DNA from: Squalus acanthias
Lineage: Eukaryota
Length of the DNA: 64,000 bases
Direction: 5' to 3'
NCBI GenBank assembly: GCA_030390025.1
Contig: CM059431.1
Span: 98,334,001-98,398,000, forward strand
The position numbers and the translations under genes are program-made. Every line of letters begins with the position of its first letter. Position 1 is the first letter of the stretch. Positions 1-12,437 of the stretch are shown one piece after another. The notes beneath the pieces are model-generated. The model was not told the DNA's origin. It made no database searches and worked only from the letters and a program-made list of their open reading frames with translations.

Positions 1-903
1 AAGCTGTGCAGAGGACTCAAAGAACCTGCAAAGGGATATAGACAAGCTAAGTGAATGGGCAAACATTTGGCAGATGGAGTATAATGTGGGAAAGTGCGAG
101 GTTATACACTTTGGCCGGAAAAATAAAAAAGCAAATTATTATTTAAATGGAGAGAGATTACAAAATGCTACAGTTCAGAGGGACCTGGGGGTCCTTGTGC
201 ATGAAACACAAAAAGTTAGCATGCAGGTACAGCAAGTAATCAAAAAGGCAAATGGAATGTTGGCCTTTATTTCAAAGGGGTTGGAGTATAAAAGCAGGGA
301 AGTCCTGCTACAACTGTACAGGGTATTGGTGAGACCACACCTTGAGTACTGCGTACAGTTTTGGTCTCCTTATTTAAGGAGGGATATACTTGCATTGGAG
401 GCAGTTCAGAGATGATTCACTAGGCTAATTCCAAAGATGAGGGGTTTGACTTATGAGGTAAGGTTGAGCAGGCTGGGCCTATACTCATTGGAATTTAGAA
501 GAATGAGAGGTGATCGTATTGAAACATATAAGATACTGAGGGGGCACGACAAGGTAGATGCAGAGAGGATGTTTCCCCTCATGGGGAAATCTAGAACGCG
601 GGGGCACAGTTTTAGAATAAAGGGTCGCCCTTTTAGAACTGAGATGAGGGGGAGTATCTTCTCTCAGAGGGTCGTAAATCTGTGGAATTCTCTGCCCCAG
701 AGCTGTGGAGGCTGGGTCATTAAATACATTTAAGGTGGAGATAGACAAATTTTTGCAAGATAAGGGAATGAAGGGTTATGGGGAGCGGGCAGGGAAGTAG
801 CTTTGAGCCCTAGATCAGCCATGATCTTATTGAATGGCGGAGCAGGCTCGAGGGGCCAAGTGGCCTATTCCTGCTCCTATTTCTTATGTTCTTATGTTCT
901 TAT
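1..903 (+). mobile_element. CR1-clade LINE, 3' fragment (RT C-terminus + 3' UTR)
   Basis: ORFs 74-415 and 437-733 give KCEVIHFG, LVRPHLEYCVQFWSP, LEFRRMRGD and QRVVNLWNSLP. Ends in a (TTCTTATG)n tail at about 880-903. Confidence 0.95.
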
Positions 904-957
904 TTCTCCACCAGCCCCAATTGCACAGTCAGTTTGGTTGCTTCGCTAACATCAAAG

Positions 958-1090
958 ACATAAAAGATCCCACGACACTATTGAAGGAAGAGAAGGGAGC
1001 TCTCCCCGGTGTCCTGGGGCCAATAATGAGCCAATGACCAATTTCATTAAAACCGATTACCTGGTCATTTATCACATTGCTGTTTGTGAC
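958..1090 (+). mobile_element. Deu-domain SINE (family A), internal fragment
   Basis: TAAAAGATCCCACGACACTATTGAAGGAAGAGAAGGGAG...CACATTGCTGTTTGTG matches the body of the complete copy at 37371-38305. Confidence 0.8.
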
Positions 1091-1339
1091 ACTTTGGGAC
1101 AGTTTAGAAATGTGTCTTTCATTTTGTTTGTGAGGCCAGCAGGGACACAAATGTTCCTCCTGGCCCCACAAAAATCTTGTGGCCCAATTTTGTGCTCCCT
1201 CCATCACTGCCCCCCCGCCCCCCCCCACCCCCTGCTCCTTTTACACATACTTCGTTCTTCAGCTCTGCTGGATTCCCCAACCCCTCCCCTTCTTTTCAGA
1301 CTTAGTAAACATGGGAAATCTTCTGCCTGTGTTTACTAT

Positions 1340-1492
1340 GGGGTAAATGTTCTAACCCCGTGCTCCTGGCATAGAGTTATCCCCGGGGAGCGCACATTGG
1401 GAAATAGTGGGCTGCATGTGTAAGGGGTCCCAATGTGTACTGTCAACGAACAAGGCTCTGCATCTGGAACACACAGCAGGAAAGTTTACCCC
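1340..1492. mobile_element. Small MITE, Harbinger-type ends
   Basis: Imperfect TIRs GGGGTAAATGTTC / GAAAGTTTACCCC, flanked by TAT / TAC. Confidence 0.55.
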
Positions 1493-1534
1493 TACACTGT
1501 TAACCCATAGTGATCAGAGGGAGTCTTCCTTCTA

Positions 1535-2512
1535 CACTTAGAGCACTGTGCACAGTTCTGGTCTCCATATACCTTGGTTAGACCCTCCTTGGAGCACTGT
1601 GCACAGTCCTGGTCTCCATATACCTTGGTTAGACCCTCCTTGGAGCACTGTGCACAGTCCTGGTCTCCATATACCTTGGTTAGACCCTCCTTGGAGCACT
1701 GTGCACAGTCCTGGTCTCCATATACCTTGGTTAGACCCTCCTTGGAGCACTGTGCACAGTCCTGGTCTCCATATACCTTGGTTAGACCCTCCTTGGAGCA
1801 CTGTGCACAGTCCTGGTCTCCATATACCTTGGTTAGACCCTCCTTGGAGCACTGTGCACAGTCCTGGTCTCCATATACCTTGGTTAGACCCTCCTTGGAG
1901 CACTGTGCACAGTCCTGGTCTCCATATACCTTGGTTAGACCCTCCTTGGAGCACTGTGCACAGTCCTGGTCTCCATATACCTTGGTTAGACCCTCCTTGG
2001 AGCACTGTGCACAGTCCTGGTCTCCATATTACAGGAAAGGATATAGAGGCACTGGAGAAGCTGCAAAAAATATTTGCAAGATGATACCCGAACTGTTGCG
2101 GTTATAACTATCAGGAAAGATTGAACAGGCTGGGACTGTTTTCTCTAGAAAAAAAAAAGACTGAGGGGTGACCTAATCGCGGTCTTTAAGATTGTGAAAG
2201 GGTTCAATAGGGTAGACACAGAGAAGATGTTTCCACTTGTGGCGAGTCCAGAACTAGGGGCCATAAATATAAGATAGTCACTAATCAATCCAATAAGGAA
2301 TTCAGGAGAAACTTCTTCATCCAGAGAGTGGTGAGAATGTGGAACTCGCTAAACACATGAGGGAGAAAGGAATAGAAGGATCTGCTGATCGGTGAGATGA
2401 AGAGGAGTGGGAGGAGGCTGGTGTGGGGCAGAAACACCGGCACGGACCAGTTGGGCCGAATGGCCTGTTTCTGTGCTGTAGATTCTGTGTAATTCTATGT
2501 ACATTGTGTAAC
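1535..2512 (+). mobile_element. CR1 LINE 3' fragment with the 51-bp array at its 5' truncation point
   Basis: After the array come KDIEALEK and LGLFSLEK-type sequence, then the 3' UTR ending TGTGCTGTAGATTCTGTGTAATTCTATG. Small deletion near 2350 relative to the copy at 34610. Confidence 0.9.
1541..2028 (+). repeat. 51-bp tandem repeat (about 9.6 copies) derived from the CR1 RT segment LVRPxLExCxQxWSPY
   Basis: Unit GAGCACTGTGCACAGTCCTGGTCTCCATATACCTTGGTTAGACCCTCCTTG starts at 1541, 1592 ... 2000. The last unit reads directly into CR1 sequence. Confidence 0.95.
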
Positions 2513-3179
2513 ATGTGGTTTGTCGGTTCCCGTTTGGACCAGTCGTCCAGGTCCTCAGGAACTCCACTTGGCCTCAAGAACTCGAATACTTCCTCCCCCG
2601 AGGCTGGATAGTGATTAATGGCTTGGGCAGTGATGCTGCCACCAGTGTCTTTGACAGAGAGCTCTGTGCAACCTTGAGGGGCCCCCTTTGATATGCATTA
2701 GTTGCTCTCGTGCATTTCCACCCGGCCTTCTTTGGTTTAATGGCTCTGATTGGAATGCGGGGCAGGATGCAGTAACGCTCTGCCGCTCCAGGTTTTTAGT
2801 ACCTGTCGCTCTGGGTTAAGCAGCAAGCTAAGTCAATGAACAGAAGGACAGAACCTTTTTTAGTCAGCAAGAATGTCTAACCCATTCGTCAATTCAGCAA
2901 TCTGCATGCCTTGCCTATTGCAGGATAATGGAGACTGAAGTATAAATCAGTGATCCGACAGCCTGCACAGTGTTTTCCTTTTAATGTTTGTATTTCTGCA
3001 AGTAGCAACTCTGCTATCTTTTAGAAATGTGTTTGGCGTAGAAGAGTTAAATGAAGTCAAGCTGAGTTGAGAGAATAAATTGGCACAGCAGAGCGCCGTG
3101 AAGTACCTCAGCTTGCGAGCTGGGTGGTGCATTACTTCGCACTTTATTGCGAGTGTCGACACTACATTTTAATACCATT

Positions 3180-3433
3180 AGTGTCAGCTTGGCTCAGTCG
3201 GTCGCACTCTGGCCTCTGAGGCAGAATGTTGTGGGTTCAAGCCCCACTCGAGCTGATAATCTAGATTGACACTCCAGTGAAGTACTGGCGGAGTGCAACG
3301 CTGTCAAAGGTGCCCATCTTTCAGGTGAGACATTAAGCTGAGATCCTGTTCAGGTGGACACGGAACGGTCCCACGGTGCTCTTCACAAACCAGCAGGGTG
3401 TTCTCCTGGTGTCTCGGCCAACATTCATCCCTC
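3180..3433 (+). mobile_element. SINE family A, 5' part (tRNA-like head + Deu domain), single-unit form without array
   Basis: A box TGGCTCAGTCGG and B box GGTTCAAGCCC, then one copy of the AGTACTG...CTGTC segment and GGTGCCCATCTTTCAGGTGAGACATTAA. Confidence 0.85.
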
Positions 3434-3710
3434 TACATGTATAAATGCGAACCTTTCTCAGCACATTGTGTGTAGTGTTGATCCTACTCCGCTTACCAAG
3501 CACAGGGTGAACTTTCCTCTTGTGCCCTCCCGACTTGTAGTCTCGTCTGTCAGGGGCACCTATCAGGAATCTGTGGGCACTGGGGCGGGACTGAAAAGTG
3601 AAGCAGGCCGGTGGGGAATGAAGTCTGGGGGTGGGGAACCAGGAAATGAAGCCCTTATCTCTGGCTCCATCCAGGCTCTGCACTCGTGTCAAATTTCCCC
3701 TCCAAATCAA

Positions 3711-4014
3711 TAGAAAGAAAGACAGAACTTGCATTTCTACAGCACCTTTCAGGACGTCCCAAAACACTTAACAGCCAATGAAGTGGAGTCACTGTTGTAA
3801 TGTGGGAAACGCGGCAGCCAATTTGCGCACAGCAAGATCCCGCAAACAGCAACGTGGTAATCGGTTTTAGTGATGTTGGTTGAGGATAAATATTGGCACT
3901 GCACTGGGAGCATCAGCCTGGATGTGGTGCTCAAGTCTCTGGAGTGGGGGCTTGAACCCACGACCCTCTGCCCCAGAGAGGGGAGAGAGTGCTGCCCATT
4001 GAGCCAGGCTGACA
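3711..4014 (-). mobile_element. SINE family A, internally deleted copy
   Basis: Reverse strand has the tRNA head (4014-3900) joined directly to the 3' body and L2-like tail. Confidence 0.85.
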
Positions 4015-4298
4015 CGGATATAGAGGAGAGCAACGCATGGCAGCCGTCAGGATTTGAGAGCGGCACTCGGCATTTCACAGGAAGAGCCAGTTTGCTTTCA
4101 CTGGGATTAGAGACTGTCAGTAACAACTTATCAAATCATTTGGAGTGTGGGACTGAAGGCTGTTAGAACCAATCAGACTTTACTTTCTTCCGCGATCAGT
4201 TGTGTACAGGCTTAAAGTGAGCTGTTGGTTTCTGGGATTCGCAGTTACAGGTTCGTCTATTTGATGTTTGTGCTCAAAGAAAGTAAAAATAACAAATA

Positions 4299-4456
4299 AG
4301 GGAATTGGATAAATACTTGAAAAGGAGAAATTTGCAGGGCTCTGAGGAAAAAGCAGCGGGGGGAGTGGGACTAATTGGAGAGCTCGTTCAAAGAGCCGGC
4401 ACAGGCACGATGGGCCGAATGGCCTCCTTCTGTGCTGTATCATTCTGTGATTCTAT
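4299..4456 (+). mobile_element. CR1 3' UTR fragment
   Basis: GGAATTGGATAAATACTTG...GGGCCGAATGGCCTCCTTCTGTGCTGTATCATTCTGTGATTCT. Confidence 0.85.
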
Positions 4457-5143
4457 CATCTGCTAAAATGCAGCATTTTCAAAATGTTTCGCCGCCCCCA
4501 AAGGAACTCTGGGGATTGGGCAGCTGTTGTATTACGTCAGAATTATTTTCTTCAAGATTTGGTCAAAATTTTTTTTGGAGATAATGTTTGAAGCGACCTG
4601 CTCGGGTATTTCTGTCAGGAAAGGCAGCAGTCGTCGTGGTTGGGGAAGAAAATGGATCGGGTTTGGATTAATGGCCTAATTTCTAAAAGATGACACTGAC
4701 ATTTCCACTCAGTGAAACAGTAAGCCCAAACAGCTGAAAATCCACAAAACCATATGTTAAAAATCAAAGCCCTCTGCGAGAGTAATCTTCCCGCCCCCTT
4801 CAGGATTCACATGCCTGCCAATGGTTTCTGCTCTCACCACTGCCGCTAACTTTCATCTTTTTTTTCTGCAATAAAACTGGTTGACCACCTGCAGTTTAAG
4901 TTATGAGACATCTGTGTCCCATTGAACCTTCTAACTCCTTATCTGCATCTTTCACGCGGCCTGTATTCAGGACTGGGCTTCTTTTAGTGGTCAGCTTTAT
5001 CGAATCTGTTGGTCAGCTTTTGCTCGGCTTCCAGGTTATCATCCGTGGCATAGGCTGGAAATCTGGTGACAATAGTGGAGAAATATCTGAGGCAGCTGAT
5101 CTTTCCTCCACCCTCTATCTTGTTGGACACATTAGCCTAACCA

Positions 5144-5633
5144 GCAACAACAACAACAACCTGCATTTATATAGCGCCTTTAACGTAGTAAAACGTCCCA
5201 AGGCGCTTCACAGGAGTGTGATCAGACAGAAATTTGACACCGAGCCACATAAGGAGATATTAGGACAGGTGACCAAAAGCTTGGTCAAAGAGGTAGATTT
5301 TAAGGAGTGTCTTAAAGGAGGAGAGAGAGGTAGAGAGGCGGAGAGGTTTAGGGAGGGAATTCCAGAGCTTAGGGCCCAGGCAGCTGAAGGCACGGCCACC
5401 AATGGTGGAGCGATTATAATCAGGGATCCTCAAGAGGGCAGAATTGGAGGAGCGCAGATATCTCGGGGGGTTGTGGGGCTGGAGGAGGTTACAGAGATAG
5501 GGAGGGGCGAGGCCATGGAGGGATTTGAAAACAAGGATGAGAATTTTGAAATTGAGACGTTGCTTAACCGGGAGCCAATGTAGGTCAGCGAGCACAGGGG
5601 TGATGGGTGAATGGGACTTGGTGCGAGTTAGGA
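5144..5633 (-). mobile_element. L2-clade LINE 3' fragment
   Basis: ORF 5260-5676 (-) gives PITPVLADLHWLPVKQRLNFKIL...GGRAFSCLGPKLWNSLP...LFDQAFG. (GTT)n tail; matches the 3' end of 8186-10910. Confidence 0.92.
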
Positions 5634-5910
5634 CAAGAAAGACTACAGCGCCTTTCTCGACCTCAGGATGTCCCAAAGTGCTTTACAGCCAATAAAGTAT
5701 TTTTTGAAGTGTGGTCACTGTTGTAATGTAGGGAAACACGGCAGTCAAATTGCGCACAGCAAGCTCCCAGAAACAGCAATGAGATAAAGGACCAGATCAT
5801 CTGTTTTAGGCGCTGGTTGAGGGATAGATGTTGGCCAGGACACCAGGCAGAACTTTCCTGCGCTCCTGTTGAATAGAAGCCAGGGGATCTTTTACGTTCA
5901 GGTGAGAGGG
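5634..5910 (-). mobile_element. SINE family A, 3' half
   Basis: Reverse complement of the family A body and tail. Confidence 0.8.
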
Positions 5911-6062
5911 CAGTCGGGATCTCACCTGAGAACCAGGAACTGAGTAAGCTGGCACTATTATATTTCCAAGTGCAGCCAACAGGTGAACTGTACGTTCGCA
6001 AGCAACTGCACTGCTGGAATGTGAAAGAACCTTGCAATACCTTAGATATCGGTGTTTTACAT

Positions 6063-6345
6063 TGTTTTTCTCGGGATGTGGGCGTCGTTGGCAAGGCCGG
6101 CATTTATTGCCCGTCCCTAGTTGCCCTGAGAAGTGGTGGTGGGCCTTCTTTTGGAACCAATGTGTAGTGTGGGACATTAGTGAACCAGTTGGGTTTTTTA
6201 CGACAATCCGACAGCTTCATGGTCAGCTTTTTATTTGCAGAATTCTAAAACTGAATTCAGATTCTCAAACTGCCCTGGTGAGATTGGAACTCATGTTTTC
6301 TGGATCACTAGTCCAGGCCCCTAATCACTCCATCACTGTACCCGA
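6063..6345 (-). mobile_element. SINE family B, internally deleted
   Basis: Shares GGACATTAGTGAACCAGTTGGGTTTTT and the GGCAAGGCCGGCATTTATTGCCC tail with 56492-56905. Confidence 0.75.
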
Positions 6346-7162
6346 TTGAACTCGGTCCAGTTGGATAAGAGATCTGAGATGGATCGGGACAGTGCGACTC
6401 GAGGGAATGCACAGAAATTCCACAAGCAAAGAGTTAGTTTGGATTCCGGGATGTAAATGTTTTCTCAAACAGTCACCACTCTCTCGAACAAACTGACAAA
6501 ACATACAGTGGGCTGCAGTCCTTTAAAAGGGAATTTGACAAGTTCCTGAGAGAAAAGAATATTCCTACTTATAGAGGGCAAGCTGTAATTATCAGGAGTT
6601 CTGGGTTACCCAGGTCACTTGAAGCTTGCTTGATTGCCTTAGGGGCTGAGAGAGGAATTCACCAGTGTTTTTCCTGAATTGGACCCAGGATTTTGTTTTA
6701 AACCTCTGGCAGAAGATTGTGTGGTGGATGGGTGAACTGTATGGGGCAGGTTTGGTGGGCCTGATGGTCCCTTCGCCCTTCTCTTGGTGCAATCGCATGA
6801 CTTGCCCTTTACCGTTTAACAGAACGACCTCTGTAAACATGAGAGAGTGAGGAAACAGCCCGATGGTCATATTTATACAGGAGTTGCTTGTTCCCACTCG
6901 CTGTGAAAAGTCTTCTTCAGTATATTCTGGGCAACAAAATAACATTGATTTGGGTGGTGAAAAAAGTGAAGGAAAATAAAATGTTCGACTTAAAAAAGGT
7001 CCCTTTGTTTCCTATAAACGGAGACATCTGCATTGACACTGGGCTCACCAGCCGATCACAAGCCCACCAGGCAGTGAGCCCTAAGTTGGAATCTCTTATC
7101 AATAACAACGTGAACCAATCGTTGGTGATCCAGGCCTCAGTCAAAAGATATGAACATGCTTG

Positions 7163-7530
7163 ATGTTAGACGTGGCTCAGTGGGTAGCACTCGCGTCTCT
7201 GTGCCATGTAGGACATGGGTTCAAGCCCCACTCCAGAGACTCTAGGTACATAATATAGACTGACACTTCATGGCTGTGCCGTTGGAGCTGGTGTCTTTCA
7301 GATGACTGTCTTTTGCCCAGTCCGCCCTCTCAGGTGGATGTAAAAGATCCCATGGCACTATTTCGAAGAAGAGCAGGGGAGTTCTCCCCGGTGTCCTGGG
7401 GCCCTCAACCAACATCACAAAAAATCCAGGTGATCCGGTCATTATCACATTGCTGTTTGTGGGATCTTGCTGTGCGTGACCTTGTCACTCAGAGGCAAGA
7501 TGCTACCACTGAGTCACAGCTGACACATTA
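7163..7530 (+). mobile_element. SINE family A without array, followed by an inverted SINE head (7485-7528)
   Basis: A and B boxes at 7173-7230, Deu body to about 7478, then the reverse complement of the head GTGTCAGCTGTGACTCAGTGGTAGCA. Confidence 0.8.
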
Positions 7531-7892
7531 GTTTAAAATACAGCGGGAGGCTATGATGGGAGAGTTGGGGTACTAGAGGCGTGGGTTTTGATGCATTGTC
7601 TTGACTTAGTCCTTAGCTTCTATGCTTTAAAAATAAGAAACAAAATATTCGTAACCCTGATCCAGAGGAGTGTGAGCCCCGATCCCATGGGCCGCACAAC
7701 TGCCGCTTGTCAGAAAGGTTCACCTGGTGAGAACAGGTGTGTACAGGTGTGTACAGGTGTGTGTGTGTGCACTGCACTACGCCAGGTACTGACTGACGGC
7801 CCCCACCCCTGCCTTAGGTTCATGGACTTGTTGGGACAGAGGGAAGCTCCACCCGAGGGTTGGACGCATTCCTGGAAAGAAGGAAAAATGAA

Positions 7893-8185
7893 ATACAGAC
7901 TTGCATTTCTATAGCGCCTTTCATGACCACCGGACGTCCCAAAGTGCTTTACAGACAATGAAGTACTACTTTTTTTGAAGTGTGGTCACTGTTGTAATGT
8001 AGGAAACGCAGCAGCCAATTTGCGCACAGCAAGCTCCCACAAACAGCAATGTGCTAATGACCAAATAATATTTTTTTTTAGTGATCATAGAATCATAGAA
8101 TGGTTACCGCACAGAAGGAAGCCATTCGGCCCGTCGAGCCCGTGCCAGCTCTCTGCAAGAGCACTTCAGCTAGTCCCACTCCCCT
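7893..8185 (-). mobile_element. SINE A 3' fragment (7893-8085) abutting a CR1 tail fragment (8086-8185)
   Basis: Reverse-strand family A tail, then CATAGAATCATAGAAT, the reverse complement of a CR1 octamer tail. Confidence 0.8.
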
Positions 8186-10910
8186 ATTCCTCCGGAAGTT
8201 TCTCCTCCTTTGAGCATCTCACCTTATTCTACCTCTCTCACCTCTCATTTAAAATTCTCGTTCTCCACCGCCCACCCAAGTACCATAAAAATTTTATTAC
8301 TGAGATATCTTCACTGTTCTCCTCCCACAGCCTCTGCACCGAACGACTTCTCATCCTCGGTGATTTCAACCTCCATCTCAATTCATCATGCTCTCTCTCC
8401 TCTGAGTTCACTAGCCTCCTACCCTCCCTTAATCTCTCCCTCCATGTAAAGCCCCCAACCCATATTCACGGGCACCCCCTCGACCTTGCCAGTTTGTGGC
8501 CTCGCTACTCCCATCGTGTCAATCGCAGATAAGGCCATCTCTGACCACTTCCTCGTATCGCTCTCCACCCACATTCCCCTTCCACCCCACCACCAACCCT
8601 ACTTCCTTCTGTGTCCACGCCTGGAAAAAAACTCTCCCCCAACTCTCTTACAACTGCACTTATGAAATCCCAACTCTCCAGCCTTTGGCCCTCCATTCAC
8701 CATGACATTTCTGCAGCTACTGATCTGCTCAACCACACCCTCACCACCACCTTTGATGCCCTAGTCCCTATTAAAACAATTACTCTCTCTCACCCTGGCC
8801 TTTTCCCCTGGTACGGTTTTCATCTTCGCTCCCTTAAGTCCAAGGGACGCAGACTCAAACGGATATGGCAGACAACTGGTTTAGCCATTCACCGCCAGAT
8901 CTGGCTGGACCACACAAAGCATTATCGGGTCCTGCTCTCGTCTGCCAAAATTGCTCACTATTCCAGAATCATTCTGGAATACAAAGATAAACCCCGGCTC
9001 CTATTCCCTACTGCTAACCGTCTTCTTAAACCCCTCTCCCCTGTCGCCTCCAACCTCACCTCCGATAACAAGTGTGAGGAGCTCATGGACTGCTTTGTCT
9101 CTAAGATTGAGACCATCTGTTCAGCTGCCTCTGCCACTTCCCTTCCTTCCCCTAACCCACTGGGCCAAAATTCCTCTAAGATTCCCCCCCTGCCCTAGCC
9201 CTGAACTCACATCTTTATCCAGTATCTCTCCGATCTCCCCTCTTGACCTCTCTGCTCTCAGCTTGTCTGTGAGACCCACCTCCTGCTCCCTCGACCCGAT
9301 TCCCACCAAACTGCTGACCACCCAACTACCTTTTCTGGCTCCATTGTTGCTGACATTGTTAACGGTTCTCTCTCCTCAGGTACTGTCCCCCTCTCCCTCA
9401 AATTTGCCGTCATCACCCCTCTCCTCTAGAAACCAACCCTCGATCCCTCCATCCTTGCAAACTACCGCCCCATCTCCAACATCCCTTTCCTCTCCAAAGT
9501 CCTTGAACGTGTTGTCGCCTCCCAAATCCGTGCCCATCTTTCCCGCAACTCCATGTTTGAATCCCTCAATCAGGTTTCCGCCCCTGCCACAGTACTGAAA
9601 CGGCTCTCATCAAAGTCACAAATGACATCCTTTGTGACTGTGACAAAGGTAAACTATCCCTCCTCGTCCTTCTTGACTTGTCTGCAGCCTTTGACACGGT
9701 TGACCACTCCATCCTTCTCCAACACCTCTCCACCGTCGTCCAGCTGGGTGGGACTGCACTCGCCTGGTTCAATTCTTATCTATCTAATCGTAGCCAGAAA
9801 ATCACCTGCAATGGCTTCTCTTCCCACTCCCACATCATTACCTCTGGTGTCCCCCAAGGTCTATCCTTGGCCCCCTCCTATTTCTCATTTACATGTTACC
9901 CCTTGGCGACATCATCCGAAAACACAGCGTCAGTTTCCACAGGTACGCTGATGACACCCAGCTTTACCCCACTACCACTTCTCTCGACCCCTCCACGGTC
10001 TCTAAATTGTCAGACTGCTTGTCCGACATCCAGTTCTGGATGAGCAAAAATTTTCTCCAATTAAATATTGGGAAGACCAAAGCCATTGTTTTCGGTCCAC
10101 GCCACAAACTCCGTTCCCTAGCTACTGACTCCATCCTTCTCCCTAACATCTGTCTGAGGCTGAACCACATTGTTTGCAACCTTGGTGTCATATTTGACCC
10201 TAGAATGAGCTTCCGACCACATATCCGCAGCATAACAAAGACCGCCTACTTCCACCTCCGTAACATCGCCCGTCTCCGCCCCTGCCTCAGCTCATCCGCT
10301 ACTGAAACCCTCATCCATGCCTTTGTTACCTCTAGACTTGACTATTCCAACGCACTCCTGGCTGGCCTCCCACATTCTACCCTACGTAAACTTGAGGTCA
10401 TCCAAAACTCGGCTCCCCGTGTCCCAATTCGCACCAAGTCCCGTTCGCCCATCTCCCCTGTGCTCACTGACCTACATTGGCTCCCGGTTAAGCAACGTCT
10501 CAATTTCAAAATTCTCATCCTTGTTTTCAAATCCCTCCATGGCCTCGCCCTCTCCCTATCTCTGTAATCTCCTCCAGCCCCACAACCCCCCGAGATATCT
10601 GCGCTCCTCTAATTCTGGCCTCTTGAGCACCCCTGATTATAATCACTCAACCTTTGGTGGCCGTGCCTTCTGTTGCCTCGGCCCTAAGCTCTGGAATTCC
10701 CTGCCTAAACCTCACCGCCTCTCCACCTCTCTTTCCTCCTTTAAGACCCTCCTTAAAACCTACCTCTTTGACCAAGCTTTTGGTCACCTGCCCTAATTTA
10801 TCCTTAAGTGGCTCGGTGTCAAATTTTGATTGATAACGTTCCTGTGAAGCGCCTTGGGACGTTTTACTATGTTAAAGGTGCTATATAAATACAAGTTGTT
10901 GTTGTTGTTG
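8186..10910 (+). mobile_element. L2-clade LINE, 5'-truncated, ORF2 (partial APE endonuclease + RT) disrupted
   Basis: Motifs across frameshifted ORFs: LLILGDFNLH, SCSLDPIPT, SAAFDTVDH, SGVPQG, YADDTQLY, LDYSNALLAG, LHWLPVKQR. Ends TATATAAATACAAGTTGTTGTTG. Confidence 0.95.
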
Positions 10911-11070
10911 GTGTTGTTGAATCAATGTTATTTTGCTGCCCAGAATATACTGAAGAAGACATTTCACTGCGAGCGAGTATAAATATGATCATCGGGCTGT
11001 TTCCTTACTATCTTATGTTTACACAGGTCATTCTATTAAACGGCTAAGGGCAAGTCATGTGATGTTGATT

Positions 11071-11980
11071 GAGAAAGAAAAAAAGACTTGCATTTCTATA
11101 GTGCCTTTCATAACCACCGGACGTCCCAAAGAGCTTTACAGCCAATGAAGTACTTTTAAAGTGTAATCACTGTTGTAATGTGGGAAACTCGGCATCCAAT
11201 TTGCGCACAGCAAGCTCCCACAAACAGCAATGTGACAATGACCAGATAATCTGTTTTAGTGCTATTGGACCCCAGGGAGAACTCCCCGTTCTTCTTTGAA
11301 ATAGTGTCATGCGATCTTTTACATCCACCTGAGAGAGCAGACGGGTCCTTGGTTTAACATCTCATCTGAAAGATGGCACCTCTGACAGTGCAGCACTCCC
11401 TCAGTACTGCCCCTCCGACAGTGCAGTTCTCCCTCAGTACTGCTCCTCCGACAGTGCAGCGCTCCCTCAGTACTGCCCTTCCGACAGTGCGGCGCTCCCT
11501 CAGTACTGCCCCTCCGACAGTGCAGCACTCCCTCAGTACTGCCTCTCTGACAGTGCGGCGCTCCCTCAGTACTGCCCCTCCGACAGTGCAGCGTTCTCTC
11601 AGTGCTGCTCCTCCGACAGTGCAGCGCTCCCTCAGTACTGCCCCTCCGACAGTGCAGCGGTCCCTCAGTACTGCCCCTCCGACAGTGCAGCGGTCCCTCA
11701 GTACTGCCCCTCCGATAGTGCGGTGCTCCCTCAGTACTGCCCTTCCAACAGTGCGGCGCTCCCTCAGTACTGCCCCTCCGACAGTGCAGCGCTCCCTCAG
11801 TACTGCCCCTCCGACAGTGCAGCGCTCCCTCAGTACTGCCCCTCCGACAGTGCAGCATTCCCTCAGTACTGCACTGGAGTGTCAGCCTAGATTTTTTGCT
11901 CAAGTCCCTGGAGTGGGACTTGAACCCACGATCTTCTGACTCAGAGGCGAGGGTGCTGCCCACTGAGCCACGGCTGACAT
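11071..11980 (-). mobile_element. SINE family A, full length, with internal 33-bp array (11379-11872, about 15 units)
   Basis: Head, array of GCAGTACTGAGGGAGYGCYGCACTGTCRGAGGG, Deu body and tail are all present on the minus strand. Confidence 0.92.
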
Positions 11981-12073
11981 GTGTCATGAGGTTTCATCAC
12001 ATGACCTCACAGCTCCAGTGTCCCCGCCCGGGCAAACAGCCTTGATCCCCCGTTTCCAATATTTTTATAACTA

Positions 12074-12437
12074 CAGGAAACTCTTTATTAACCGGCACCG
12101 ACAGGACCGGCGTGGTGCCGGTTAATCAAAAAGTCCGGATAACGGAGAGTTATATCTCCCAACGTACGAGAGCCCCGTACACACTGACATGCGCCTGCAT
12201 TCGGAGCTCCGTCTCCCCGGGGACCGCCAGCTGACCATCTGTCGTGACCGCTGCCTACCCGGGCTGCACATTCCCCTCCCAATCTACATGCTCCGATACA
12301 AGGCAAATGCCTTGGGGTTTTTTTTAAAGTTATTTTTAAAGGAGAGATGAAGGAAAACCCCGGTTACCTACTCAAGAATTTTGCCGGTTAAGAGAGATTT
12401 CCGGTTATTTGGGTGCCGGTTAAAAGAGAGTTTCCTG
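12074..12437. mobile_element. Tc1/mariner (Tigger/pogo-like) MITE
   Basis: TA|CAGGAAACTCTTTATTAACCGGCACC ... GGTGCCGGTTAAAAGAGAGTTTCCTG|TA: 26-bp TIR with 2 mismatches and a TA TSD. Confidence 0.9.

Noticed and set aside
2510..2690. Open minus-strand frame (…YPASGEEVFEFLRPSGVPEDLDDWSKREP…)
   Set aside because: No convincing splice sites or known motif, and it runs into a CR1 tail.
3180..3250. tRNA genes at SINE heads
   Set aside because: A and B boxes are present, but the sequence continues into the SINE body with no clear cloverleaf or terminator.
4984..5119. Possible terminal exon on the minus strand (IEGGGKISCLRYFSTIVTRFPAYATDDNLEAEQKLTNRFDKADH*)
   Set aside because: Weak acceptor and no recognisable homology; needs BLASTX or RNA-seq.
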